Origin: an uncultured Verrucomicrobiae bacterium
GTDB lineage: Bacteria; Verrucomicrobiota; Verrucomicrobiia; Chthoniobacterales; JAFAMB01
Length of the DNA stretch: 64,000 nt
Direction: 5' to 3'
Assembly (NCBI GenBank): GCA_963762565.1
Contig: CAVXLD010000003.1
Span: forward strand, 96,001 to 160,000
The notes beneath the pieces were generated by a model. That model saw only the letters and a list, made by a program, of their open reading frames with translations, was not told the origin of the DNA and did not search any database. Positions 9,964 to 20,567 of the stretch are shown here, in pieces; the first letter of the stretch is position 1; the number at the start of each line of letters is the position of its first letter. The translations under genes and the position numbers were made by a program.

Positions 9964-10743
9964 GTGACTAACCCACAATTACCATTTGCCCGAATCCTTC
10001 GAGACAGCCTGCTCGAGCTGGTCCTGACTTTTCTCATGCTTTTTGGCGTGGTCAGCATCGTCAGGTGGGTAATCGGGCCTTCACTGATTTCTCAAATGGT
10101 GCCGGACATCCATGCGGAGCTGTTGATCGTGGGTGTGGCCGTAGGGATCCTGATAGCCGGGCTGATCCTCAGTCCACCGGGAAGGATGAGCGGGGGACAC
10201 ATGAATCCAGCCATCTCTCTTGCGATGTGGCGATTCGGTGTCTTCCCTGGAGTTGGTGTAGTGCCCTATATCATCGCCCAGCTGCTCGGGTCCGTTCTTG
10301 GAGGGGTAGCAGCCCGTGTGGTCTGGGGTCCGGTCGTAGCAGCAGGGCCTGTTGCTTACGCGGTGCTACAGCCCGGACCAGGTTGGTCGACCGTGACACT
10401 GTTCACGGCGGAGACCGTCAGTATGGCGATCATCGTTCTGCTGGTAGGCTCTTGTCTGGCAGTTCCCCGGCTTGCCCCGCTTGTCCCTTGGATTGTAGGT
10501 GGAGCGATCGGAATAGCGATTGCGGTGCTCGGCACCTCCACTGGGGGCAGCGTGAATCCGGCTCGCCAATTTGGGCCGGCTACGCTGTCGAGCCAGACAA
10601 ATTTTCTTTGGGTGTATTTGCTTGCCCCAATGGTGGGGGCGTTACTTGCCGCATGGCTGCGGGAGATTATTCAACGACATCGAGAGGTACTAACACATAG
10701 GCTATGCGGAACTAATCGCGATGGCGGCGCATTATCGGGTTAA
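9964..10743 (+). CDS. aquaporin / MIP family channel
   Basis: SGGHMNPA and GGSVNPAR, multiple hydrophobic helices; GTG 9964 preferred because ATG 9895 lies in a repeat. Confidence 0.9.
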   Translation: MTNPQLPFARILRDSLLELVLTFLMLFGVVSIVRWVIGPSLISQMVPDIHAELLIVGVAVGILIAGLILSPPGRMSGGHMNPAISLAMWRFGVFPGVGVVPYIIAQLLGSVLGGVAARVVWGPVVAAGPVAYAVLQPGPGWSTVTLFTAETVSMAIIVLLVGSCLAVPRLAPLVPWIVGGAIGIAIAVLGTSTGGSVNPARQFGPATLSSQTNFLWVYLLAPMVGALLAAWLREIIQRHREVLTHRLCGTNRDGGALSG

Positions 10744-10774
10744 AAGACGAGCGAAATGTGTAATGGATATCTCC

Positions 10775-10856
10775 CGCCCCTTCGGGGCGGACGTTTTTTT
10801 CGTCGATACCCGGGGTTAAAACCCCGGGCTGAGTTCTATAGTCCCTTTGGGACAAA
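10775..10856. repeat. palindromic REP-like repeat (family H)
   Basis: cccggggttaaaaccccgggctgagttctatagtccctttgggacaaa; reverse-complement relative at about 60424-60470, partial copy at about 20045-20065. Confidence 0.6.
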
Positions 10857-10894
10857 CCGGAAGGCGTCGGTCTTCCAAGAATCTGCTAAGTCCG

Positions 10895-12409
10895 GTGAAA
10901 GCTTTCGCTAATTTCCCACTGATCTTGAGCGCGTCCGCGTCGCTCGCACTGATCCCAAGCGCAATGGGCGCCCAACCGGCCCTTAATAATTCGTTGTCGG
11001 TTCAGGACACTGCGATCCAACCGGAGTCAATCGTTTCGGGCTACCCAGTCTCACCGACTTATACTCTTTTGCGCTACGATGAAGATTATAGCTTCCTGGC
11101 CAATCCAGCCAATCGAACTGAGGCCCTGGATCTGATAAAATACATCCCGCTTTTTGACTGGGGTCAATTTTACTTTGTCTCTCTTGGTGGCGATATCCGC
11201 GAACAGTATGAGTTTATTGAAAACGATAACTTCGGGTTAGGTTCTGTAAATAACCACGGCTACTGGCTGCAGCGTATCATGCTGCATAACGATTGGCATT
11301 TCGGGCCGTTCTTTCGCGCCTTCGTACAACTTAAAACGTCCGAGGAAGAAGGACGGCAACCCGGGCCGCGCCCAATCGATCGAAAACGGCTCGACTTTAG
11401 TCAAGCGTTTGTCGATTTCAGTTATCCTCGAACAAATCTGTCGGCGGACACGAGTTGGCTCAAGCTTAGACTCGGGCGACAAGAGATCGATTTTGGGGAC
11501 GAAAGACTCCTGGCCGTCCGTGAAGGGCCGAATTCTGAACAGAGCTTTGATGGTGCTCGCCTGACTCTTAACTCGCCCCAAGGCCGGGTGGATCTCTTTG
11601 CGCTACGGGTTGATGCGGACCGATCCGGTTACTTTGATAACGATCCAGGTTGGAGTAATGAGACCGTCTGGGGTCTGTATTCAACTTTTCCTCTGACGAC
11701 CAAGTCCACGGCGGCGGCGTTCAATAACATCAGTTTGGACCTGTTTTATATTGGGTTTCAACATAGCGATGCGAGGTTTAATGAAGGTATTGGGGACGAG
11801 GTTCGTCATTCAGTCGGTGGACGACTATGGAGAGCGCACCACATCAACGGACTCGATTTTAACCTGTTTGGCGTTTACCAATTTGGAAGCTTCGCTGGGA
11901 GGCAGATCAGCGCGTTCAGCGCCGCGATTGATGCCGGGTACAAGCTGTTCAATCTTCCGTGGGCGCCCAGAATCGCTAGCAGTCTGCAGATCTCGAGCGG
12001 CGGTGGTAACGGACGGTTGGAGACCTTTAATGCGATGTTTCCGGCGGGTTATTACTATGGCGGGAGCTTGGTGGGACAGATTGGTCCGGCCAACGCGATC
12101 ATTGTCCAGCCAGAACTCGACTTACACCCTACGGCAACTTTAGGCGTCTATCTGAAGACCTTGTTCGTTTGGCGCGAGGATACCGCTGATGGATTATACA
12201 ACACACCCGGTGGGGTAATCGTTCCGGGCTCGAGCAACAACCGGCGATACGTCGGGGCATCGCCTGAGCTACTTGTTACCCAGCAAATAGGCAGACATCT
12301 GTCCATTTCCCTAAGCTACTATCATTTCTCTCGAGGAGGATTTCTAACCAGCCAGGGGGGAACGAAGGATGTCGATTATTTTTCTACTTGGATGAGCTAC
12401 ACTTTTTAA
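10895..12409 (+). CDS. alginate-export-family outer-membrane beta-barrel protein
   Basis: LRYDEDYSFL, RLGRQEIDFG..REGPN..SFDG, terminal aromatic residue (YTF); start approximate. Confidence 0.85.
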   Translation: MKAFANFPLILSASASLALIPSAMGAQPALNNSLSVQDTAIQPESIVSGYPVSPTYTLLRYDEDYSFLANPANRTEALDLIKYIPLFDWGQFYFVSLGGDIREQYEFIENDNFGLGSVNNHGYWLQRIMLHNDWHFGPFFRAFVQLKTSEEEGRQPGPRPIDRKRLDFSQAFVDFSYPRTNLSADTSWLKLRLGRQEIDFGDERLLAVREGPNSEQSFDGARLTLNSPQGRVDLFALRVDADRSGYFDNDPGWSNETVWGLYSTFPLTTKSTAAAFNNISLDLFYIGFQHSDARFNEGIGDEVRHSVGGRLWRAHHINGLDFNLFGVYQFGSFAGRQISAFSAAIDAGYKLFNLPWAPRIASSLQISSGGGNGRLETFNAMFPAGYYYGGSLVGQIGPANAIIVQPELDLHPTATLGVYLKTLFVWREDTADGLYNTPGGVIVPGSSNNRRYVGASPELLVTQQIGRHLSISLSYYHFSRGGFLTSQGGTKDVDYFSTWMSYTF

Positions 12410-12846
12410 AGCAGTAGCTTCAAGTTCTGCGCGAATCAAAGCGTTCGGCGTTTGGCGTTCGGCGGGCGAGCAATGTGGGCGTAGCCGGACGATGGCACAG
12501 GATGCCGCGAATCCGCGCTGCGACCGAATGGGACCCGCCTCCGCCAAGCCTACGGCGCGGCAGGCTTTATAGGACCTATGGGACCTATGGGTCATCCTAT
12601 TAGTCCCATCAGTATCTCCAACCCGCTACGCGGGTGCTTTTCGGACTTGGCGCAGTACTCCAACACTCCCACACTCCATCACTCCGCGTGGCCGGATTCG
12701 AGGACGAGGACGACGACGAGGACGAGAACGAAGCGCCTTGTGAGTCCTATAGGTCCCATCCGCTCGCAGCGCCAAACGCCAAACGCCGAACGCCACGTTA
12801 TTTATGGGACAGGACACCAAAAGTAGGATTAATAGATCCGAAGCTC

Positions 12847-13446
12847 ATGAAGATTCCTATTTGGGTCGTCACACTCTTTCTGTTTGTCTGCGACGCGACT
12901 CTCTTGTTTGCTCAGAGTTCATCCCCAAGTCCGGCGCAGGCTCATCTGCCCGATCTTAAATCGCATCCAGATTGGCCAAGAGCGAATGAGGCCGATGTTG
13001 CCACCATCGAAAGTACGGTGCGAGCGTTCTGTGACGCGATTTCAGCGCCGGCCGGAGGAAAATTGAATCGGGATCGTTTGCGTTCCTTATTCGTGCCCGC
13101 AGGACGCATCGTTGCGAGTCGTCCCCCAGGCTCTTCCCGAGCTGCAGATGTGATATTTCTATCGCCCGACGAGTATGCGGATATCTCTGACTCTCAGACC
13201 GTTTCCAAGGGATTCTTCGACCGCAATCTGGCTAACCAAATCGAGCGCTTCGGCGTCATGGCGCACGTCTACTCAACCTACGAGTCGCGCTTCGATCCCA
13301 ACAGTACCAAGCCCGTGGCACGCGGCATCAAATCATTTGAGCTATTAAACAGCGACAACCGTTGGTACATCGTCCAGATGTACTGGGATTCAGAACGGTC
13401 CGACAATCCAATTCCTGATCACTATCTGCACGACAGCGTTGAATAG
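12847..13446 (+). CDS. secreted NTF2-like hypothetical protein
   Basis: Signal peptide; FGVMAHVYSTYE..RGIKSFEL..RWYIVQMYWD pattern. Confidence 0.7.
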   Translation: MKIPIWVVTLFLFVCDATLLFAQSSSPSPAQAHLPDLKSHPDWPRANEADVATIESTVRAFCDAISAPAGGKLNRDRLRSLFVPAGRIVASRPPGSSRAADVIFLSPDEYADISDSQTVSKGFFDRNLANQIERFGVMAHVYSTYESRFDPNSTKPVARGIKSFELLNSDNRWYIVQMYWDSERSDNPIPDHYLHDSVE

Positions 13447-13526
13447 AGGTCGCCCAATTATCTTTCACACAGAAGGCCACAGAGGTAACCGCGAATGGAC
13501 ACCAAGGGACGTAAGAAGAGAAAACG

Positions 13527-13610
13527 AACCGCAGATTAACGCAGATGGACGCAGATCGGGGTCAATGGCGTAGTCGAAGTCCAAGCCGAAATCTGCGTCC
13601 ATCTGCGGTT
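13527..13610. repeat. family F palindrome (AACCGCAGAT..ACGCAGAT / ATCTGCGT..ATCTGCGGTT)
   Basis: Inverted arms; a longer copy with ~60-bp arms at 39139-39457. Confidence 0.75.
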
Positions 13611-13689
13611 AGGTTTTCCTTGGCGTTCATTTGTGCCTATTCACGGGTGCCTTTGTGGCGTTCTGTGTGAAGACAGAGGAGCAAATGCC

Positions 13690-14076
13690 ATGACTAAAAC
13701 AGATCTGTCCGCCATTTACGGAGACTATATCGACTGTCTTAATAAGCAGGACTGGCAGAGGCTGGAACAGTTCGTTCACGACGAAGTGTACTACAACGGA
13801 AAGCAGATCCGCTTACAAGGCTATCGCAAGATGTTGGAGGGAGATTTCGAGGAAATTCCTAATCTTCGTTTTAATATCCAATTGCTAATTTGCGACCCGC
13901 CTTACATAGCAAGCCGGCTGGCATTCAACTGTTCTCCAAAGGGAAACTTCCTTGGCCTCCCGGTAAGCGGGAAGAGAGTTTCTTTTACCGAAAACGTTTT
14001 CTACGAATTTCGAGCAGAAAAGATTTACGAAGTGTGGTCGGTAATAGATAAGGCAGCTATCGAAGCGCAGATCTAG
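13690..14076 (+). CDS. SnoaL-like ester cyclase
   Basis: YIDCLNKQDW, ASRLAFNCSPKG, KIYEVWSVIDKAAIEAQ. Confidence 0.85.
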   Translation: MTKTDLSAIYGDYIDCLNKQDWQRLEQFVHDEVYYNGKQIRLQGYRKMLEGDFEEIPNLRFNIQLLICDPPYIASRLAFNCSPKGNFLGLPVSGKRVSFTENVFYEFRAEKIYEVWSVIDKAAIEAQI

Positions 14077-14441
14077 GAAGGCAAACTATTTCTCATCGGC
14101 GCTCTGCGCGGAGCCACGCGGTCTCGGTGCAATTTGGGGAGGGCGCGCGTCCCCGCGCGCCGCGAGGATGTGCCACAGCCCAGGGCGTATTTTCGTCGGT
14201 GATTAAAACAAGTGCTCGGCTTCGTTAACAACGGATCGCGAGGACGCGATCCCTCCCGGCGATGGGCCCGTGGTTACGTATTCGGGGAGGGCGCGCGTCC
14301 CCGCGCGCCGCGAGGACGTGCCATTCCTCAAAGGTGTATTTTCGTCGGAGGACGCGATCCCTCCCGGATGTAGGTCCGTATTTGTTAGGAGGACGAGAAC
14401 GAAGCGCCGAACGCCGAACGCCGAACGCCAAACGCCAAACG

Positions 14442-15077
14442 TCACGAAACTCGCCGCCAGGACGGTTGCGTAGGGTCCACGAGACGGATGTCCACTGGGC
14501 CCTCGCCGAAGACCGCGATGATCACTGGCTCTTTTCCTTCGGCGGGCACACCGTCGTAGTGCCAGGTGCGTGCGTGGCGCAGAACAAATCCTCCGGCGCG
14601 AACCGGTACGGCCTGTACGGGAGTGAAGTCCGAGCCGCTGTTGACCCACCACGTTCCGGACAGAACCACGCAGATACGGTCCGTTCTGTAGTTGTGTGGC
14701 GCACTGAACCAGCCCGGGTTCCACTTCATCAAGACCAGGTATGGGCCGGGCTTGTTCAGGTCGCCATACATCATTGCCATCTCGCCGCTGCCGGAAGGCA
14801 GACCTTCCCACGGCTTAAATTGAATCTCGTTTGGCTGTACGACGAAAGTTTCGTTCGGACTGATTGGGCCGGCTTGGGCTTCCGAACTGGCAAGCTCCAG
14901 CAGCAAGCCGGCGATAGGTCCTCCAACCAGGCCGAGTAAGGCAGTACCCAATGCCATTCGGCGAGTAACGTATAAGGCAGACGCGCTTGGGTCTGCGGTG
15001 ACGGATTGTTGACTATCCTGCAAGGCATGGTTAGTGCGGAGGCTTCCCGGCTTCGTGTTAGCGATCTTGTTGGACAT
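14442..15077 (-). CDS. cupin-domain protein with Tat-like signal
   Basis: TRRMALG leader; SAPH..DRICVVLSGTWW..HYDG cupin motifs. Confidence 0.8.
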   Translation of the reverse strand: MSNKIANTKPGSLRTNHALQDSQQSVTADPSASALYVTRRMALGTALLGLVGGPIAGLLLELASSEAQAGPISPNETFVVQPNEIQFKPWEGLPSGSGEMAMMYGDLNKPGPYLVLMKWNPGWFSAPHNYRTDRICVVLSGTWWVNSGSDFTPVQAVPVRAGGFVLRHARTWHYDGVPAEGKEPVIIAVFGEGPVDIRLVDPTQPSWRRVS

Positions 15078-15580
15078 GGAATTCTCTTTTCTAACTTAGA
15101 ATTCCACTGTTTCACGTTTCCCAGCTAGTACCGCGACGGGTGTTTATTTCCCACTCGAACGGGTAGGGGAGTTCGCCCGATATGTGTCTTGCTGGGCAAA
15201 TAGGACCAAGGCGAGAAAACCGGCTAAACGCGCACATTGACACGCGCCTTCAGCATCTCCAATCCGCCAAGGCGGATGCTTTTCGGACTTGGCGCAGTAC
15301 TCCAACACTCCACACTCCCCGCCCGCAACGCTTCGCGTAGCGATGCGGGCGGGCATCACTCCGCGTGCCGGATTCGAGGACGAGGACGACGACGAGGACG
15401 AGAACGAAGCACCTTGTGAGCGCTAGACCGTTTGTCGTCGCAATCCTTGGGCTTCGCCCACTTCATAAGCAAACCTCTCGGCTGGAACGGTGTAACGATG
15501 GGAGTATGCAAGAGTGGGTAAAATGGGGTCCCAAAACGTCGAAGCTCCGCCGGCAATAAGGGCCAATGAGGCTACGAACA

Positions 15581-15620
15581 AGATTATACTTATCATCCAA
15601 ACAGATTATGTATATAATCT
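15581..15620. promoter_or_regulatory. candidate TetR operators
   Basis: Palindrome agattatgtatataatct (15603-15620) and a weaker agattatacttatcatcc just upstream of the tetR start. Confidence 0.5.
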
Positions 15621-15645
15621 ATGGTAGTCAAATCAGTTTTCCGTT

Positions 15646-16257
15646 ATGGGCTATTCACAAGATCAGAAAATTAAAACTCATGACCGTATCGTCCGCACCG
15701 CCTCCAAACGTTTCCGCGAGAAGGGCCTTGCCGGCGTCGCCATTGCCGATCTGATGAAAGAGATCGGCCTTACCGTTGGCGGCTTTTATAAGCACTTCGA
15801 TTCCCGCGACGATCTGGTAGCCGAATCAGTCAAGGCCGCCACCGGACCCTTGCAAAAACAATTGTTGGCGGCCGAGTCGGGCGAGGCCGCGTTGACCTAC
15901 GGTAGCCTGGTCGATTCCTATCTGAGCGAGGCTCATCGTGATCATCCCGGCACCGGATGTCCGGTAAGCGCACTGGCATGCGACATCGCCCGAGGCAGTA
16001 AACATATTCGTTCTCTCCTGACCGAAAAGGTCAAAAGCAGTCTCGAGCTGTTTGCAAATTTGCTGCCTCCCGAGGAAAGCGCAGCCCGACGAAAAGCGAT
16101 CCTCACCGTGTCCGCATTACTTGGGGCCCTTGAGCTGGCGCGGGCGGTGTCGGATCAAACACTGTCCGATGAAATATTGGAATCGACGCGGGAGGCACTG
16201 CGACAACTCGTCAGCGGAGACGGCGAAAGCCATGTTACTTATGGGACAGGACACTAG
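15646..16257 (+). CDS. TetR/AcrR family regulator
   Basis: IADLMKEIGLTVGGFYKHFDSRDDL HTH; GCP motif; last codons and stop lie within a MITE end. Confidence 0.9.
   Translation: MGYSQDQKIKTHDRIVRTASKRFREKGLAGVAIADLMKEIGLTVGGFYKHFDSRDDLVAESVKAATGPLQKQLLAAESGEAALTYGSLVDSYLSEAHRDHPGTGCPVSALACDIARGSKHIRSLLTEKVKSSLELFANLLPPEESAARRKAILTVSALLGALELARAVSDQTLSDEILESTREALRQLVSGDGESHVTYGTGH
16219..16257 (-). repeat. solo left end of the CTAGTGTCCTGTCCCATAA MITE
   Basis: Reverse complement of 29818-29856. Confidence 0.85.
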
Positions 16258-16277
16258 CAACAGGCCGGGTCCTGGGA

Positions 16278-16820
16278 TCAGGTGGCGTGATGGGGCAGGC
16301 CAAGCATGTGGCGAGCCTGTGCTGAGGTAGCGATATCGGCGCCGAGCGCCTCAACGATGCCGCGAACCTTTGTGACCATTGCCGCGTTGCTCGACGCGAG
16401 CACGCCGCGGGAGAGATAGATGCCGTCCTCGAGACCGACACGGACATGCCCGCCGGCGAGATAGCTCTGGGTCGCCGCGGTGAAGACACTCCGGCCGATG
16501 CCGATCGCGGTGAACTGGGCGCCTTGCGGTAACAGGGATCTGGCGTAGAGCACCGTCTCTGGCAACGGCTGAAAGCCATATTTCACACCCATGACGATGG
16601 AGCAGAGCGGGGCCGGATCCAGCGTGCTATCCGCGATGAGGTCTTGCAGCAGGGCGATGTCGCCGGAATCAAACAACTCGATCTCCGGTTTCACTCCGGC
16701 CTCGCGGATGATGCGCGCCATGCGGCGCACGTTACGCGGCGTGTTGATGACGACCTGGCCGGCGGAATTCATCGTGTTGAGGTCGAGTGTGCAGATGTCG
16801 GGCCGCAGCGCTGTGATTGC
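16278..16820 (-). pseudogene. C-terminal half of a beta-keto acid cleavage enzyme (BKACE/DUF849)
   Basis: LRPDICTLDLNTMN, VKPEIELFDSGD, GGHVRVGLEDG; the N-terminal HxH region is missing and the remnant abuts the dioxygenase stop. Confidence 0.75.
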
Positions 16821-16825
16821 GCCCT

Positions 16826-17767
16826 CTACTTGATCGGGGGAATCGGTCGCTTGGCCTCGCCCGGTTGCATGATCAAGCTGTATTCAAGAGTGTACCAGGG
16901 CGCCTTCACTTCTGGCGCTGGCGGCGTCTCATTCGCGTTGTGGCGGAGATAGCGGCCAATAAGATCTTTGGTGACACCAAACACCACATCGCTTTCCAGG
17001 CGTTCGTCGTCATCGACGAAGACCTGGGTGATCAGTGTCTTGTAGCCTGGCTTGAAGCCGAGGAAATGAAGATGGGCCGGGCGGTAACAGTGGCGCTGCT
17101 GGGCACGCAGCATTTCCCCCGTTGGTCCGTGTGTCGGCACAGGGTAGCAGGCAGGCTTGACGGAGCGGAACCAGAATTTCCCGTTTTCATCAGTATAAAA
17201 CCGCCCCCGCAGATTCATGTCCGCTTGCTCCGGGTCCTGGTTCTCGTAAAAACCGGCGGGCGAAGCCTGCCAGACATCGACCTCTGCCCCCTGGATCGGC
17301 TGACCATCGGGATCTGTGACGCGGAGGTTAGCGAATAGCTCGGGACCGGTCGTGGGCGAGCGCACGATGCTACGGCCGTTCGGCGTTTCAGGTGAGTTGT
17401 CGCGCCAGAACGGCCCGAGCAAGGCGGCGGCGGTTTCCGTCGGGCCTTTTCCGCCATTGTTCATGAGGACAACAAGGGTGGAGAACCCGACTGCATCGGC
17501 GAAGAGAATGCCCTCATTGTGGATGTCAGTGGTGGCCTTGCCGATCCGGTTGAGGAAATCGATCGCAAAATCGTACTCGTCCTGCGTCAGCCGCACCTCG
17601 CGGGCGAAAGCGTGCAAGTGGCTTACGAAAGCGGTCATCACCTCCCGCAGGCGTGGGGTCGGAGCGCCCGACATGGCGCGAAGAACGATTTGGGTGACGT
17701 CGTCGATATTTTCGATGATACCGTAGGACGGCACGGGCCCCGGCGGGGATGGCATATCTGGTTTCAT
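16826..17767 (-). CDS. intradiol ring-cleavage dioxygenase (hydroxyquinol/catechol 1,2-dioxygenase-like)
   Basis: LLGPFW, VDVWQA..GFYENQD, YPVP, RPAHLH iron ligands. Confidence 0.9.
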   Translation of the reverse strand: MKPDMPSPPGPVPSYGIIENIDDVTQIVLRAMSGAPTPRLREVMTAFVSHLHAFAREVRLTQDEYDFAIDFLNRIGKATTDIHNEGILFADAVGFSTLVVLMNNGGKGPTETAAALLGPFWRDNSPETPNGRSIVRSPTTGPELFANLRVTDPDGQPIQGAEVDVWQASPAGFYENQDPEQADMNLRGRFYTDENGKFWFRSVKPACYPVPTHGPTGEMLRAQQRHCYRPAHLHFLGFKPGYKTLITQVFVDDDERLESDVVFGVTKDLIGRYLRHNANETPPAPEVKAPWYTLEYSLIMQPGEAKRPIPPIK

Positions 17768-17864
17768 CGTATACCTCCGATGTTTCGCTAAGGGTGCTGC
17801 AAAATAAATGGTGTATCCGTTCGCAACCGCATCCTAGCAGTTAGATAATTTGGATAACATTAAC

Positions 17865-18833
17865 ATGCGAGCGCTAAAGTTTTTTGAGACTGGCAGTTTG
17901 GATAATCTGCGGGTTGAGGAGGTGGCATCGCCAAAGCCGGCGGCAGGCGAGGCTTTGGTGCAGGTGAAAGCGGCGGCTATCAATCCCAGCGATGTGAAGA
18001 ACGTGCAGGGCAAGATGCACGAGACCACGGTCCCGCGAATTCCCGGACGCGATTTTGCCGGGATCGTGACTGAGGGGCCGGATGCACTCTTGGGTCAATC
18101 CGTGTTCGGTTCTGGTGGGAATCTCGGCTTCGGGCGGGACGGCAGTCACGCGGAGTATGTCGTCGTCCCTGCGACAGGAGTGCTTCCGTTGCCGAAGAAC
18201 CTGAGTTTTGCTGAAGCCGCGGGAATCGGCGTAGCCTACATCACAGCTTGGGCAGCGGTGGTCAACGCCGCGCAAATCCAGTCGGGAGAGACGGCGTTAA
18301 TCCTGGGAACGACTGGCGCCGTTGGAAGTGCGGCCGCTCGCATTGCACACAAGTTCGGAGCGCGGGTCATTGGTACTTCCAGAAAAGCCTCGGACATACC
18401 CGCTTCCGGTACGCTCCCGGTTGATGATTGGATCAGTCTTGAGGGCGTTGATCTAGCCACCGAAACGAGAAAGCTGACTAACGGCCAGGGAGCCGACGTG
18501 TTGTTGGACGTGGTTGGTGGACCCATGTTTGAAAAATGTCTCGCCGCTCTGGCTTTGCGTGGACGCCAAGTGTCGATCAGCTCGGGTTCGCAGCCCCGGG
18601 TAAGCTTCAATCTCGTGGATTTTTATCACAACGAATCGAGGCTGCTGGGGGTGGATTCGCTCAAACTCGGTTTCGAGGAGACGGCCGAAATTCTTCGCCA
18701 GCTCACCCCGGGGATCGAGTCTGGCATCTTTCCTGCCCCGCGTGCTGAAACCTTTTCATTGGAGGAAGGGCCTCGGGTTTATCGAGACATTGACGAGTCC
18801 AAGATCAAAGGTAAACCGATTCTGGTTCCGTGA
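17865..18833 (+). CDS. MDR-family quinone oxidoreductase-like protein
   Basis: AAINPSD, IPGRDFAG, GTTGAVG. Confidence 0.85.
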   Translation: MRALKFFETGSLDNLRVEEVASPKPAAGEALVQVKAAAINPSDVKNVQGKMHETTVPRIPGRDFAGIVTEGPDALLGQSVFGSGGNLGFGRDGSHAEYVVVPATGVLPLPKNLSFAEAAGIGVAYITAWAAVVNAAQIQSGETALILGTTGAVGSAAARIAHKFGARVIGTSRKASDIPASGTLPVDDWISLEGVDLATETRKLTNGQGADVLLDVVGGPMFEKCLAALALRGRQVSISSGSQPRVSFNLVDFYHNESRLLGVDSLKLGFEETAEILRQLTPGIESGIFPAPRAETFSLEEGPRVYRDIDESKIKGKPILVP

Positions 18834-18967
18834 AGGCCCTTCGTGCTCGTCCTCGTCCTCGTGCTCGAATCCGGCCACGCGGAGTATTGGAGTGATGGAG
18901 TATTGAAGCGATGCGCTATCTTGGAGTTGCACCTGATGGAGAAAACACTAGGGAGTCTAATTGAACC

Positions 18968-19942
18968 ATGGATCAAATCGACACTGCATTAGCTCAAGCT
19001 GCTCGGAACGTTGTGGAACACTGTCTGGCCATCCAAGCCGGCGAGATCGTCTCTATTGTAACCGACAGCGGTGCTCCCGAGCGGATTGAGATTGCCCGCG
19101 CTTTTTGGGAACAAGCTCGAGGCAAAGGAGCAGAGGTGATTTTCGCTGAGATGCTCCCGCGCAAGACCAGCGGTGAGGAACCGCCGGCGCCAATCGCGCA
19201 ACTCATGGCAGAAAGTAACGTCGTTCTTTGTCCAACGACCAAGTCGCTTTCGCATACCCGAGCGCGCCGGAACGCGTCCGCGCGAGGCGCACGGATGGCT
19301 AGCCTGCCAAGCATAACCAAAGAAATGATGATCCGCTGTCTGGCGGCCGATTATGGAAACATTGCTGCTCTCACCAAACGTGTCGCCGAAAAGTTAAGCC
19401 GAGGCTCAAAGTTCAAAGTTGAGAGCGAGCTCGGCACCAGCCTTGAACTGGAACGCCAAGGTAGGACTGTGGGCGCCGACACCGGGCTGCTGACCCAACG
19501 AGGAGAGTTTGGCAACCTACCGGCGGGTGAGGCTTTCTTCGCACCCATGGAAGGCACGACGAATGGCAAGCTTGTGTTCGATGGATCGGTCGCCGATCTC
19601 GGCAAACTAGCGGAGCCGATCGAATTGCAGGTCGAAGGCGGTATTGCCCGGATCGTCTCAACCTCGGCGGCGTCCCAGAGGCTTGAAGGCTATCTCGCTG
19701 CCCAAGGGCCCGATGCCTATAACATCGCTGAGTTGGGAGTAGGCACTAACGATCGGGCAATCGTCTCAGGTTATATTCTAGAGGACGAAAAAGTTTTAGG
19801 TACTGTCCACATCGCTCTCGGTAACAACGCGGGGATGGGAGGCACTGTAAACGTACCCATTCATCTCGACGGCCTCATCCGGAACGCCACGCTCTTCGTC
19901 GATGGTGAACTGGTTCTGGATAAAGGTACGCTCGTCGTTTAG
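18968..19942 (+). CDS. M29-like aminopeptidase
   Basis: GNLPAGE, IAELGVG, EDEKVLGTVHIALG, HLD. Confidence 0.85.
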   Translation: MDQIDTALAQAARNVVEHCLAIQAGEIVSIVTDSGAPERIEIARAFWEQARGKGAEVIFAEMLPRKTSGEEPPAPIAQLMAESNVVLCPTTKSLSHTRARRNASARGARMASLPSITKEMMIRCLAADYGNIAALTKRVAEKLSRGSKFKVESELGTSLELERQGRTVGADTGLLTQRGEFGNLPAGEAFFAPMEGTTNGKLVFDGSVADLGKLAEPIELQVEGGIARIVSTSAASQRLEGYLAAQGPDAYNIAELGVGTNDRAIVSGYILEDEKVLGTVHIALGNNAGMGGTVNVPIHLDGLIRNATLFVDGELVLDKGTLVV

Positions 19943-20451
19943 CGAGAACCGGATCGGCGTTCGCACAGGAGGACAGAAAGATCACAGAGAAATCTTTTTG
20001 AACAGGAGCTAACAGAGGAAACGGAGGTTAATGCTCCTCCGGATTTTGTCCCGAAGGGACTGAATGAATGCAGGCGTCGTTTCGGTAGACCCCTGGGTCG
20101 TGGCTCGCATGGCGATTCCGGCAGTTCGGACAATTAGCAACTAGTAACGGTTAGTCCGTGGTTCTGTTCACTCATTCACTTATGAATACCGCAAAGCTGC
20201 CACGAGAGCAGAACCCATATCTACTGACCGGCCGAGGCAAGAAGAAAAAGTGGTTTTTTCTACGTTGGACTTCTGCGGTCAGAAAGGTGCGTTGAGCTCA
20301 GCCTGCGAATCTGTGACCGCGATCATCGCCCGCACCGACCACCCGAACAGGGAAGCGTTATCTTGCTGCCGGAGCTTGAAAGCATTCATCTCCGATGAGC
20401 GATTGAAGTAGGTATCCGGTGACGAAGGGCGGGCGGCGCCAGTTGAATATA

Positions 20452-20500
20452 TGTATTGACATCGATATAATATGCGTGGATAGGAGTGATATCGATACAG
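20452..20500. promoter_or_regulatory. candidate repressor sites upstream of azoR
   Basis: Two related imperfect palindromes, tgtattgacatcgatata and gtgatatcgatac, in an AT-rich promoter region. Confidence 0.4.
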
Positions 20501-20567
20501 GGAAGTCATGCTGAAAGCCGCTAGTGCGGCTTTCACTTTATCATCTAACCACAATTGAAGTAGCTTT

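Noticed and set aside
14137..14365. Tandem GC-rich repeats as a possible CRISPR array
   Set aside because: Two variable-length palindromic elements only; no regular spacers and no cas genes
14203..14939. ORFs 14203-14811 and 14262-14939
   Set aside because: They read through repeats and overlap the cupin gene
20279..20554. Possible regulator or transposase remnant upstream of azoR
   Set aside because: No recognisable motif; spans the AT-rich promoter
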